Virus record (IMG/VR): IMGVR_UViG_3300044724_004089
Source of the DNA: an uncultured virus (IMG/VR IMGVR_UViG_3300044724_004089)
Taxonomy: Duplodnaviria > Heunggongvirae > Uroviricota > Caudoviricetes
DNA: 64,000 nucleotides
Reading direction: 5' to 3' (one strand)
Below, one piece after another: positions 6,030 to 14,539 of the stretch (positions within the stretch are counted from its first letter, which is position 1; each line of letters starts with the position of its first letter). Under the pieces are notes generated by a model. It did not search any database, had not been told where the DNA came from, and saw nothing but the letters and a program-made list of their open reading frames with translations. The translations under genes and the position numbers were made by a program.

Positions 6030-7244
6030 TTAGACAATGTCACCATTATCTGCCTCAGTATCAACGGCATTCTCAGTCAATTCACTTGAATTCTGACTAG
6101 CAATGATATCATCAGCACTAGCACCTGAATCCACTTTAGTGTATAAATCAACAAAAGAATTCTTAGTATCATCATCAAATCTGTTAGTACATAACTCAAT
6201 AGACTTTAATCTATTGTTGAAGATGATATATGCTTGAACAATGTGAACTAATCTTCTGGTGGAAATTATCTCATCAACCCCACCTTCGAAGTAAGTTTTT
6301 CTAATCACATCTGCCCACACACATAATTTTTTAGCAAACTCATCATCAGACTTACCAGCATTGTTTAGAATGTTAGCAAGTATCTTTTGCTCGATATTAA
6401 CTGAAGGATATTTTTGCTCAAAGGTAATTGGGAATCTCTCAAGAAATGCCTCGTTAAGAACGTTAGTACCAATGAACTTACCATCATCAGAACCTTGACC
6501 TTTTGTGTTAGCAGTAGCAAACACTTGAAACCCAGGTTTTGGTGACACGAATTTGTTAATCTTTTTAACAAAGACACCATTACCTTCAAGAATAGGTTGT
6601 AAGCACATAATCTTGTTAGATGCAAGGTCGATCTCATCAAGAAGTAAAACTGCACCTCTTTCCATCGCCTCGATAACAGGACCGTTTTGCCAAACAGTGT
6701 CACCATCTTTTAATCTGTAACCACCGAGTAAATCGTCCTCGTCAGTTTCGATTGTGATATTAACTCTAACTAATTCTCTATTAGTTTCAGCACACGCTTG
6801 GGTGATACCCATTGTCTTACCGTTACCTGAAAGACCTGTAATAAACACAGGATAGAATTGTTTAGACTTAACAATTGATTTTAGATCAGAATAGTTACCA
6901 AACGCAACAAATGTTGAGTCTTTTTTAGGAACTATATTACCAACAAGTGACGACACAATATATGCGGCCTCTTGTTTTACTTCAGATTGAACATTTTCTG
7001 AAACAGTTTCAGCAACCGCTTTTTCAATATTCGTATCTGATAGAATTTTTGAATTCATAGCAACATCATTAGTAGGTAATTTGTATTTACCCTTACCAAC
7101 TCTTAATGAAGAGTCTCTGGTAATAAATGCTGGAGCAAACTTGCTACCAAGTTTATTAGCAACTTGAACAAGTTGTTTTTTAGTTAGTACATCTGCATTG
7201 GGAAACATCTCTTTTGCAGAATTAATAAAGTGTGATTTATTCAT
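6030..7244 (-). CDS. cobS: CobS-like / MoxR-clade AAA+ ATPase
   Basis: Walker A GLSGNGKT, Walker B LLLDEID, ATANTKG, LNEAFLERF, ISTRRL; typical of marine T4-like phages. Confidence 0.88.
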   Translation of the reverse strand: MNKSHFINSAKEMFPNADVLTKKQLVQVANKLGSKFAPAFITRDSSLRVGKGKYKLPTNDVAMNSKILSDTNIEKAVAETVSENVQSEVKQEAAYIVSSLVGNIVPKKDSTFVAFGNYSDLKSIVKSKQFYPVFITGLSGNGKTMGITQACAETNRELVRVNITIETDEDDLLGGYRLKDGDTVWQNGPVIEAMERGAVLLLDEIDLASNKIMCLQPILEGNGVFVKKINKFVSPKPGFQVFATANTKGQGSDDGKFIGTNVLNEAFLERFPITFEQKYPSVNIEQKILANILNNAGKSDDEFAKKLCVWADVIRKTYFEGGVDEIISTRRLVHIVQAYIIFNNRLKSIELCTNRFDDDTKNSFVDLYTKVDSGASADDIIASQNSSELTENAVDTEADNGDIV

Positions 7245-7250
7245 AATTTA

Positions 7251-7304
7251 GTCCTTTCGAATCAGTTATACTATTATAGTAGCAGGATTGACAAAAATGT
7301 CAAG
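7251..7304 (-). promoter_or_regulatory. Early sigma70 promoter copy 1 (TGATTCG box, TTGAC palindrome)
   Basis: cTTGACAtttttgtcaatccTGcTACTATaatagtataacTGATTCGAAAGGA on the - strand. Confidence 0.85.
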
Positions 7305-7318
7305 GGTTAATAAATTCA

Positions 7319-9568
7319 TTATGCTACCCTTTCAATGAATTTGTTTAAGACAATTCTTGATTGTAATTTGCTCTTTAATCCACCAGCAAATAATCTCTTG
7401 ATTTGACCTGGTTTCATATCTTCTTGAATATCGTCAATTTTGTTATTAGATTGAATTGATAACTTTTTGTTATTTAAGATATAAAACTCATCATAACCGT
7501 GAGTTCTGTCAGCAACAAAGTGACCTTTAGATAATAACTTTCTATTGTCATCAAGTTTATTATTATCAGAATACAACCCAATACCATCTCTAATATTCTT
7601 AACAATGTGAAAACCAACGGCAGTCAAATTGTATTTACTCTTTAACATTTTGATTAATAAAGCAGTGTAATCTCTTGACTCATAGTTTCTGTAATAATAA
7701 CCGTAGTTATGAGTAACTTCTTTTTTGTAAGTATAAGTTTTGTTTTTATCTTTAATTACAGGAACAAGAATATCTCTGTGTTGGTAACCTTGCTGATGTA
7801 TATTAGGTCTGTCAACTATTGTGTTACTAACTCTATTGGCGTGACCATCAGTTAAGGTAATTAAAGATAACTTTTCGATTGAATACTTGTTTTTGAATAA
7901 TGGTATTAATTTGTCTAAAGCAACTAATGCCTCATTCAAAGGTGTAGATGAAAGTAAATAAGCATTTGGTACACTAATCATCTGACCATCATACTCTAAC
8001 TTATCATTGTAGTAGTATCTACCTCTGTCATAAAATTTGTAGTAATTTCTGTTTAACCACAAAGCAATCATACTGTCATCTAATTCTCTTGACTTTAACT
8101 TGTGAGATGCAATGTTGATTAATCTTAAATTAGAACCCATTTCTAAGTTGCCAGACTTGTAAGTAAAAGGTGACTTGATTGGGTTAGAATCCCACTTGCT
8201 ACCACCAAACTCAGTAAAAGCATAAACTTCAAATGGTATATTAATCTTTTTAGCAAAGTAAATTAAGTTAACTAACTGGTCGATTGTGGAATCCATACAA
8301 TTGATCATAGAACCAGACCAGTCAACTAGAAAAATAAAACCGTGATTTTTTTCGTCAGGCATAATAGTTAATCTTTTGAAAATGTCATCTGAAAATTTGT
8401 AGTTCTTTAACTTCAATGAGTCAATAACACCTGTCTTATCGGTACTTGCTCTTTTGTAAGCAGTCGCAGACTTTTTCATTTCGAATTCTTTAACTAAGTA
8501 ATTAACAGTTTTAAGATTGTCATTTTTGAATTTTTTGAAATCTTTCTTTAACCAATCATAATATCTTTGATATGAATGTGGTTGATATTTTGAATTAATC
8601 TCTTTTTTGATATGGTCAAAGTGGTCTTTTCTAAATTGACTGTTTGAAATAATAGCAGTATTTAAATTTGTATCAGGAAGTGAAAAGTATTTCAAAAACT
8701 GTCTACCATTGTAAGTAATTTTGTCTGTATTATCTTCAGCATTTTGAACAGTCTGTGGCATAACATTGTTTTTAACTTTACCACCTTCGTCACCTACTGA
8801 AGTTTGCTCTTGACCATCATCATCTGATTCAGTATTTTCTTCTGATTGCTGAATGTCAGCATTGTTATCTGAATCATCAGTATTATCGTCAGTATCTTTA
8901 TCATCATAGTCATCATAACTTGACTCACTTTCTTTTGTATCGTTTGAATTATCTTGAGTATCATCATCACTGTCATTATTATTTTGACTGTGGTCATCAG
9001 ATGTTGACTCTTGTTTTGCTTTTTCTTGCTCAAGTAATTTTCTAGCAAGAACTTTAACATCATCTAAAGTTTTAAGATTGTCAATCTCATCTAAAACCCA
9101 ACTAGCATCATCAAAACTAATGTCAGCAGTTTTAGAAGATTTGTAGTAAAGGTTAATTCTGTCGATAAGATTTAAAGTGTTAAGGTCTTGACCATTAACA
9201 CCAAAAAAGTCAATTCTAATTAATTCTTTGTAACCATTGATATAGTTCTTAACTATACCAGGATATTTCTTTTGTATCATTCTGTCAATTCTGCAATCTT
9301 CAAGAACATTACAATATGATTTGAATTCGTCAGACTCTTCAGTAATAGATTTCCAGTCATCAAGACCTGTCCATAATGCGTGTGAACATTCGTGAGCAAT
9401 CAACATATCGATAACATCTTTATTTTCGTGTTTGAAAATAGGAATGGTCAACACTCTATTCTTAACATCAAAACTAGCGGTTCTAACTTTGTTTTGCTGG
9501 ACTTCGATATTTTCAGTAGCAAGAAGTTTTGCTAGAGTTGATTTTTTATCTATTGAAGTTAGTGTCAT
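7319..9568 (-). CDS. Metallopeptidase-like (HExxH) + acidic linker + VWA domain protein (CobT-like partner)
   Basis: AHECSH..NVLEDCRI N-terminal domain; D/S/N-rich linker; MIDAS DWSGSM..STPLNEAL..LTDG. Confidence 0.85.
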   Translation of the reverse strand: MTLTSIDKKSTLAKLLATENIEVQQNKVRTASFDVKNRVLTIPIFKHENKDVIDMLIAHECSHALWTGLDDWKSITEESDEFKSYCNVLEDCRIDRMIQKKYPGIVKNYINGYKELIRIDFFGVNGQDLNTLNLIDRINLYYKSSKTADISFDDASWVLDEIDNLKTLDDVKVLARKLLEQEKAKQESTSDDHSQNNNDSDDDTQDNSNDTKESESSYDDYDDKDTDDNTDDSDNNADIQQSEENTESDDDGQEQTSVGDEGGKVKNNVMPQTVQNAEDNTDKITYNGRQFLKYFSLPDTNLNTAIISNSQFRKDHFDHIKKEINSKYQPHSYQRYYDWLKKDFKKFKNDNLKTVNYLVKEFEMKKSATAYKRASTDKTGVIDSLKLKNYKFSDDIFKRLTIMPDEKNHGFIFLVDWSGSMINCMDSTIDQLVNLIYFAKKINIPFEVYAFTEFGGSKWDSNPIKSPFTYKSGNLEMGSNLRLINIASHKLKSRELDDSMIALWLNRNYYKFYDRGRYYYNDKLEYDGQMISVPNAYLLSSTPLNEALVALDKLIPLFKNKYSIEKLSLITLTDGHANRVSNTIVDRPNIHQQGYQHRDILVPVIKDKNKTYTYKKEVTHNYGYYYRNYESRDYTALLIKMLKSKYNLTAVGFHIVKNIRDGIGLYSDNNKLDDNRKLLSKGHFVADRTHGYDEFYILNNKKLSIQSNNKIDDIQEDMKPGQIKRLFAGGLKSKLQSRIVLNKFIERVA

Positions 9569-9573
9569 ATTTA

Positions 9574-9626
9574 GTCCTTTCGAATCAGTATACTATTATA
9601 ATAGCAGGATTGATGCAAATGTCAAG
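9574..9626 (-). promoter_or_regulatory. Early sigma70 promoter copy 2
   Basis: cTTGACAtttgcatcaatccTGcTATTATaatagtatacTGATTCGAAAGGA on the - strand. Confidence 0.85.
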
Positions 9627-10055
9627 TTATTTATTTTTATGCTCATCTTTACTAACCAAGTCAGTAAATCTAACATCTTGCAATTTAACTGAATTATCTA
9701 ATACACCATTAGTATATTCTTTGATATCTTTTGCATCAGAATTTGCGATATCGTATGCTAAATCCCAAACTCTTTGAGCGGCATCATTGTGATAATAACC
9801 ACTTTCTGTTGCAAAATGCATTGAAGATGAAACCATATAAGAACCTTCGATCTTATAATTGTTTTTAAATAAGTAAACTAAATCTTCTAAAAAATATGTA
9901 TCAAGATATCTTAATTCATCATTTTCTTCAGTGCTAACATAGAAACCGTAGTCAATACCTTGACCCCATTTGTTCGTTTTTCTTTCTTTTTTATTTTGGT
10001 CTTCCCATTGATTAGTAACGCCTACGAAATTAATTGTTTGTTTAGTGTTTGACAT
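9627..10055 (-). CDS. Early hypothetical protein
   Basis: Start reassigned to MSNTKQ (ATG 10055) after AAGGAG; has its own early promoter. Confidence 0.75.
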   Translation of the reverse strand: MSNTKQTINFVGVTNQWEDQNKKERKTNKWGQGIDYGFYVSTEENDELRYLDTYFLEDLVYLFKNNYKIEGSYMVSSSMHFATESGYYHNDAAQRVWDLAYDIANSDAKDIKEYTNGVLDNSVKLQDVRFTDLVSKDEHKNK

Positions 10056-10079
10056 AGTGTCTCCTTTTTTTATTGTTAT

Positions 10080-10126
10080 CGAATCACTCATACTATTATA
10101 ATAACAGGTTGCATATAAAAGTCAAC
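10080..10126 (-). promoter_or_regulatory. Early sigma70 promoter copy 3
   Basis: gTTGACTtttatatgcaaccTGtTATTATaatagtatgagTGATTCG on the - strand. Confidence 0.8.
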
Positions 10127-10133
10127 ATATTTT

Positions 10134-10382
10134 TTATGCTACTAACTTTACATACTTCTTCATTTTTCTAATCTTTTCTGGTGCTACATAATAAACAATT
10201 TCTCTCGTTCTAGCAACGGTCAAATCATAATCATTTGCAAGTTCTTCTAATGTTTTGTCGTATTGATATTCTGCCCACATCATTAAATGTTTTATGTGTT
10301 TTTGAGGATTTGTGAGATTGTTGTGGACATTAAACTTTTTAAGCATTTTTTCAAAATCAATTTTATTTTCAATTAAGTTCAT
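10134..10382 (-). CDS. Small HTH protein resembling sigma70 region 4
   Basis: KTLEELANDYDLTVARTREIV resembles the region 4.2 pattern TLEE....F.VTRERIRQI. Confidence 0.6.
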   Translation of the reverse strand: MNLIENKIDFEKMLKKFNVHNNLTNPQKHIKHLMMWAEYQYDKTLEELANDYDLTVARTREIVYYVAPEKIRKMKKYVKLVA

Positions 10383-10388
10383 ATTTTT

Positions 10389-10440
10389 TCCTTTCGAATC
10401 ATTATACTATTATAGTAGCAGGATTGACTAAATAGTCAAC
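10389..10440 (-). promoter_or_regulatory. Early sigma70 promoter copy 4
   Basis: gTTGACTatttagtcaatccTGcTACTATaatagtataaTGATTCGAAAGGA on the - strand. Confidence 0.85.
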
Positions 10441-10499
10441 AACAATATTTTGACACATACCACAGTCAAATTAATACTTCAGTCAAATTATTGACTTAT

Positions 10500-10507
10500 C
10501 ATAAATA
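10500..10507 (+). promoter_or_regulatory. Late promoter variant CATAAATA
   Basis: One mismatch to consensus; 22 nt before ATG 10530. Confidence 0.6.
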
Positions 10508-10529
10508 ATTAAAGAAAACAAGGACAACT

Positions 10530-11015
10530 ATGAAACTATACACTGCAATTGTACTATGTGTTATCACATTTTTATTATCATTTACAATTACTAAATCATT
10601 GATAAGTGCTGATACAAATACCACTGTATCTGGTACTGTAGTGACAGATAAGTCAGTTCCCACTGCATCTGCACCATCAGTAGTCGTAAATAATAGTGAT
10701 GTTTGTAAGTCGGCATATTCTGCTGGTGTGCAATCACCTGTATTAGGTTTAGCATCAGGTGTTACAATCACAGATGAGAATTGTGAAAGAATTAAATTGT
10801 CAAGATCATTATATGGTATGGGTATGAAAGTTGCCGCCATATCAACATTGTGTCAAGATCACAGAGTATTTGATGCAATGATGATGGCAGGTACACCTTG
10901 TCCTTATGAAGGTAAGATAGGTGATGATGCTAAAACAGAATGGGAACAAAATACTCATCAAATACCTAAACAAAGCAAATATTATTCACCGAAAAAAAAA
11001 ATTCAGGTGAAGTAA
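10530..11015 (+). CDS. Exported Cys-rich hypothetical protein
   Basis: N-terminal signal/anchor; four Cys in the mature region; GTPCP motif. Confidence 0.8.
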   Translation: MKLYTAIVLCVITFLLSFTITKSLISADTNTTVSGTVVTDKSVPTASAPSVVVNNSDVCKSAYSAGVQSPVLGLASGVTITDENCERIKLSRSLYGMGMKVAAISTLCQDHRVFDAMMMAGTPCPYEGKIGDDAKTEWEQNTHQIPKQSKYYSPKKKIQVK

Positions 11016-12167
11016 ATGAAACAGTTATTTTTAGTATTCTTACTTTACTGCTCATTGGTATTCCACTGTAATACTGAAGAAGTAAACCAATCAACAGATT
11101 ACATAGGTGATATGGATAGTTTTGATGGCGATGGTGGTACAAGAGTAAATAATGGTCAATATCAAACAGGTCATAAGAATAATCCAGGAACATACAATAC
11201 TGACTTTGATTTAGAATCACAAATGTCTATATCAGATATAAATGCTGGTTTTGATTTAGAATATGGTGTTACTGTAAATTCACATTCAAGTAATGCAAGA
11301 TTAAGTTCCTGTACAAGTATTACACAAAATTCTGATTGTAGAGATATATTTAAATTGACCATAGCATTGTTTGATGCAAATGAAGTTGTGCATAAATTTG
11401 AACACGAGGTAGAATTAGACTTTGGTGGTAATAGAGATTATAGTTATAGTCAAGTCATAGCACCAAACGATTATCAATCACTCACAGGTAATTTTGAATT
11501 ATATGGTGTAGATGCTGGTTATTCATCAGGTTGGTACGGACCTCAATTTTCAGAACCATACCTAAAAACAACTTGGGAAGTGGTTGAAATAATAAATGAA
11601 GAAATACTAAACTTATTAGAACATTCAGATATTTTAGAAGTCGATACAAATTATGACACAGTAAATGTAACTGTAGAAAACCCAGAAGGTGAAATTATGC
11701 AAGAGTTTTCTATGGACATTGAAACAGATATTGAAATAGAGGTTGCAGAAATAGAAACACCTACAATTGAAGAACCTGTTGTAGAAGAAATAGAAATAGA
11801 AGTTCAAGAAGTAGCAGTAGAAATGGAAGAAGTTGAAGTAGAAGAAACTGTAGCAGAAGAACAACCAACAAGAAAACAAAAAGTGGTTGCTCAAGCAAAA
11901 CAAAAAGTAGCAAATAAGATAGTTAAGAATATGGGTGATAAAGGTAAATACGATTCTACTAATCAACTTAAAACTTTAGTCGTTATGCAAGTATTAGGTA
12001 ATACAACATCATTTTTTGAAAATCAAAAACAGTTACAAGATACACCTAACTTTTTTACTGATGCGAAAATACCTGATAGTAGTTTAAGTGATAATAACTA
12101 CACACAATATATTTTATTTGGTGTATCTAACACGACACACGATACCTTAATCGATAGTCAATACTAA
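11016..12167 (+). CDS. Exported protein with a beta-rich domain and a Glu-rich linker
   Basis: Signal peptide (possible lipoprotein, VFHC); EIEIEVQEV acidic tract; abuts the previous stop. Confidence 0.8.
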   Translation: MKQLFLVFLLYCSLVFHCNTEEVNQSTDYIGDMDSFDGDGGTRVNNGQYQTGHKNNPGTYNTDFDLESQMSISDINAGFDLEYGVTVNSHSSNARLSSCTSITQNSDCRDIFKLTIALFDANEVVHKFEHEVELDFGGNRDYSYSQVIAPNDYQSLTGNFELYGVDAGYSSGWYGPQFSEPYLKTTWEVVEIINEEILNLLEHSDILEVDTNYDTVNVTVENPEGEIMQEFSMDIETDIEIEVAEIETPTIEEPVVEEIEIEVQEVAVEMEEVEVEETVAEEQPTRKQKVVAQAKQKVANKIVKNMGDKGKYDSTNQLKTLVVMQVLGNTTSFFENQKQLQDTPNFFTDAKIPDSSLSDNNYTQYILFGVSNTTHDTLIDSQY

Positions 12168-12177
12168 AGGAGAAAAA

Positions 12178-12666
12178 ATGGCAGAGTTAGAATTTGCTGG
12201 TATAAAATTTAAAGGTGGTAAGATCGTAATTATTATTACTGCTTTATCTACACTAGCAGGTGGATTATGGGGTGGTTTTGAGTTTTATAAAAACTATATG
12301 GATATGCAAGAAAAGATTGAAACTTACACTGCACCTGATTTGTCAGATTACGATAAAAGAATTGAATTAGCAAAACAACAATTAGATATGTTGCAAAGTG
12401 AAATATCTGTAATATTAGATGAAGTTAATTTGGTGGCAAGTGTTGCTAAAGAATTAAAGAACGATTTAAAAGCAGATGTTAGAAGAATAGAAACCATAGT
12501 TGAAGATGTAGAGCAAAGAGTAAAAGAAGATTCTAGAGAATCAGCAAGAGATTTAAAGTTTGCTATTAAAGACATAAAAGAAAGAATGGCAGACCTTGAA
12601 AAAGAGATTGAAGAAAAGATAAGAAAAGCATTAGAAAATCCTCTAGCAAATATGAGAAAGAACTAA
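12178..12666 (+). CDS. Membrane-anchored coiled-coil protein
   Basis: N-terminal TM helix followed by a long heptad pattern, ending ALENPL. Confidence 0.85.
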   Translation: MAELEFAGIKFKGGKIVIIITALSTLAGGLWGGFEFYKNYMDMQEKIETYTAPDLSDYDKRIELAKQQLDMLQSEISVILDEVNLVASVAKELKNDLKADVRRIETIVEDVEQRVKEDSRESARDLKFAIKDIKERMADLEKEIEEKIRKALENPLANMRKN

Positions 12667-12676
12667 ATAGTTATGA

Positions 12677-12862
12677 ATGAGGACTTACACTAAACGGTAC
12701 AGAAACAGATTGTTTCCTGCAAAATCTTGCGTTGTGACTTGGGGACCTACAAAATGGGTCGATACTGAATACTTACACCCCATTATAAAAGATAAGGTTG
12801 TAAAAACGCAATACCTTGATTATAGTCCTGATAAACCAAAGAGATTATTTTGGAAGGACTAA
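12677..12862 (+). CDS. Small hypothetical protein
   Basis: Follows CTAAATA (12663-12669); 61 aa. Confidence 0.55.
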   Translation: MRTYTKRYRNRLFPAKSCVVTWGPTKWVDTEYLHPIIKDKVVKTQYLDYSPDKPKRLFWKD

Positions 12863-12863
12863 T

Positions 12864-13331
12864 ATGGAACCAGTAACAACGGCACTCGCAGGCATCGCCT
12901 TAGTAAAAAAATCAGTTGATTTTATTAAGGAAAATATTCAAACTTGTCAGGATATAGGACAAATCATAGGTCACGTTGAAAATGCTATGATTGGTGAACA
13001 ACAAGTCATCAAAGATAGAGAAAAATCAGGTGCAGATCCTTTTGCAACCGAAAATGTGGCACAGGAGATCATTGACTCCAAGTTAGCAAGGGAGCATTTG
13101 AATGAATTGAAGAACCTAATTAATCTCCGGTTTGGTCCAAATACCTGGCAAGAAATCTTAAATGAGAGAAAAAGACGAATTGATCAACGAAAAGAGGCAA
13201 AAAAACGTGCAATTGCTGAAAAAAATCGAAAAATGAAAGAAATTCAAGACATTTTGACTTATGCAGTGATAGGAATAGGCGTTGTTTTCGTTGTAGGAGT
13301 GCTGATTTACACTTTTTTCATCATTTTATAA
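12864..13331 (+). CDS. Hypothetical protein with a C-terminal TM anchor
   Basis: Start reassigned to MEPVTTALAG after AAGGA; C-terminal hydrophobic helix. Confidence 0.8.
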   Translation: MEPVTTALAGIALVKKSVDFIKENIQTCQDIGQIIGHVENAMIGEQQVIKDREKSGADPFATENVAQEIIDSKLAREHLNELKNLINLRFGPNTWQEILNERKRRIDQRKEAKKRAIAEKNRKMKEIQDILTYAVIGIGVVFVVGVLIYTFFIIL

Positions 13332-13590
13332 GATTTGACCACTTTTCTAACTTATTTTTCTTATATTTTACTCTTTCATCAAGCATTTTTTGGTCAATTA
13401 TGCCATATTCTTTGCATAATTGTATCATACAGTAGACATCGCCTATCTCATCTTTCAAAGGTTGATGATTTTCGTCATTTCTTCGCATAGATTTTGAACA
13501 TTCTTGAATTAATTCACCACATTCTTCCATTGTGATGACCATAAGTTGCAAAAATTGTGTTTTTAGTAATTCAGTATTCGATTTTGACAT
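13321..13590 (-). CDS. mazG: MazG-like NTP pyrophosphohydrolase
   Basis: EECGELIQ...DEIGDV acidic motif. Confidence 0.8.
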   Translation of the reverse strand: MSKSNTELLKTQFLQLMVITMEECGELIQECSKSMRRNDENHQPLKDEIGDVYCMIQLCKEYGIIDQKMLDERVKYKKNKLEKWSNLIK

Positions 13591-13603
13591 AATATAAACC
13601 TCA

Positions 13604-13951
13604 TTATTTAATTTTACATTGAATATTTCTTGGACATTGATATCTTGGACCTGTTGTCATAATAATATCAGGTAAATTTTGCGGATGTTCGTATGTACAC
13701 TTGTAAGACATATCTTTTTTACCCTTTTCATCAATAAACCACTCTGATTTTTTGAGTCTGCACATAGTAAACATCTCTGTTCTTGGTAATTTGCCTTTAT
13801 ATTCTCTTCCATAACGTGCATACACAGAATCAGCACCTTCATTTAGACAAATCATAACGTCAGTTTTAAAATCCTGACACTCATCAACTTCAGAATTGAT
13901 AGGAATTGATAAAAATATGAAAAGTGTGACTAAAAGTGCATAGTGTCCCAT
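13604..13951 (-). CDS. Exported Cys-rich hypothetical protein
   Basis: Signal peptide; six Cys including the CPRNIQC terminus. Confidence 0.7.
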   Translation of the reverse strand: MGHYALLVTLFIFLSIPINSEVDECQDFKTDVMICLNEGADSVYARYGREYKGKLPRTEMFTMCRLKKSEWFIDEKGKKDMSYKCTYEHPQNLPDIIMTTGPRYQCPRNIQCKIK

Positions 13952-13959
13952 ACACCTAT

Positions 13960-14136
13960 TTATTTCAGCAAGTCTTCGTCAATCCAAGTTGATTTTTCAT
14001 TAATCATAATACCAACAGATATCCACATATTAGCAATACCTATCGCACATACAACAAATGATGCTGAAATGCTTTCAAAACCCACACCTAAAAATACAAG
14101 TGCCATTCCAAATACAAATACTGTTTTTCCTAGCAT
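13960..14136 (-). CDS. Small two-TM early membrane protein (58 aa)
   Basis: MLGKTVFVFG... start after AAAGGA; has its own early promoter. Confidence 0.7.
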   Translation of the reverse strand: MLGKTVFVFGMALVFLGVGFESISASFVVCAIGIANMWISVGIMINEKSTWIDEDLLK

Positions 14137-14142
14137 ATTTTT

Positions 14143-14196
14143 TCCTTTCGAATCAGTTAAAATAAAAGTATGACATATATTGACTATAATGTCAAC
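14143..14196 (-). promoter_or_regulatory. Early sigma70 promoter copy 5 (diverged)
   Basis: gTTGACAttatagtcaatataTGtcaTACTtttattttaacTGATTCGAAAGGA; back-to-back with late CTAAATA (14196-14202). Confidence 0.7.
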
Positions 14197-14207
14197 TAAA
14201 TAATTAT

Positions 14208-14516
14208 ATGCCAAAAATAGCAAGAGGTGATGGAACTGAAACTGTGAACACAAATCACGGTTGTGACACAACTACAACTTCAAATGCTTGTTCAGACAAT
14301 GTATTTGCTAATAGTATTGGTGTTGTCAGAAAAGATGATCACAACACACCTCATTTAAAAGATCCTGTTCCTTGTACGACACATTCGGTTGCAATGAGTT
14401 CAAATATGTCACCAAATGTGTTTGTCAATAGTAAAAATGTCGCATTTTTAGGTTCAGGTTATGGTGGAGAAGTAATAACAACGGGTTCTAGCAACGTTTT
14501 CGTTAACGGTTCTTAA
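14208..14516 (+). CDS. gp5.4: PAAR-repeat spike tip protein (gp5.4)
   Basis: ARGD..HGC, His/Cys Zn ligands, GSSNVFVNG end; immediately before gp25. Confidence 0.88.
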   Translation: MPKIARGDGTETVNTNHGCDTTTTSNACSDNVFANSIGVVRKDDHNTPHLKDPVPCTTHSVAMSSNMSPNVFVNSKNVAFLGSGYGGEVITTGSSNVFVNGS

Positions 14517-14523
14517 TTTTACT

Positions 14524-14531
14524 TATAAATA
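14524..14531 (+). promoter_or_regulatory. Late promoter TATAAATA
   Basis: Exact consensus, 8 nt before the gp25 ATG. Confidence 0.8.
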
Positions 14532-14539
14532 TTGCTGTT

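Noticed and set aside
7288..7303. FNR/FixK box
   Set aside because: FNR is TTGAT-N4-ATCAA (14 bp); these palindromes are TTGAC-N6-GTCAA (16 bp).
7251..14196. Dispersed repeats as IS ends or attC-type sites
   Set aside because: No transposase or integrase and no target duplications; the repeats are explained as promoter plus leader units.
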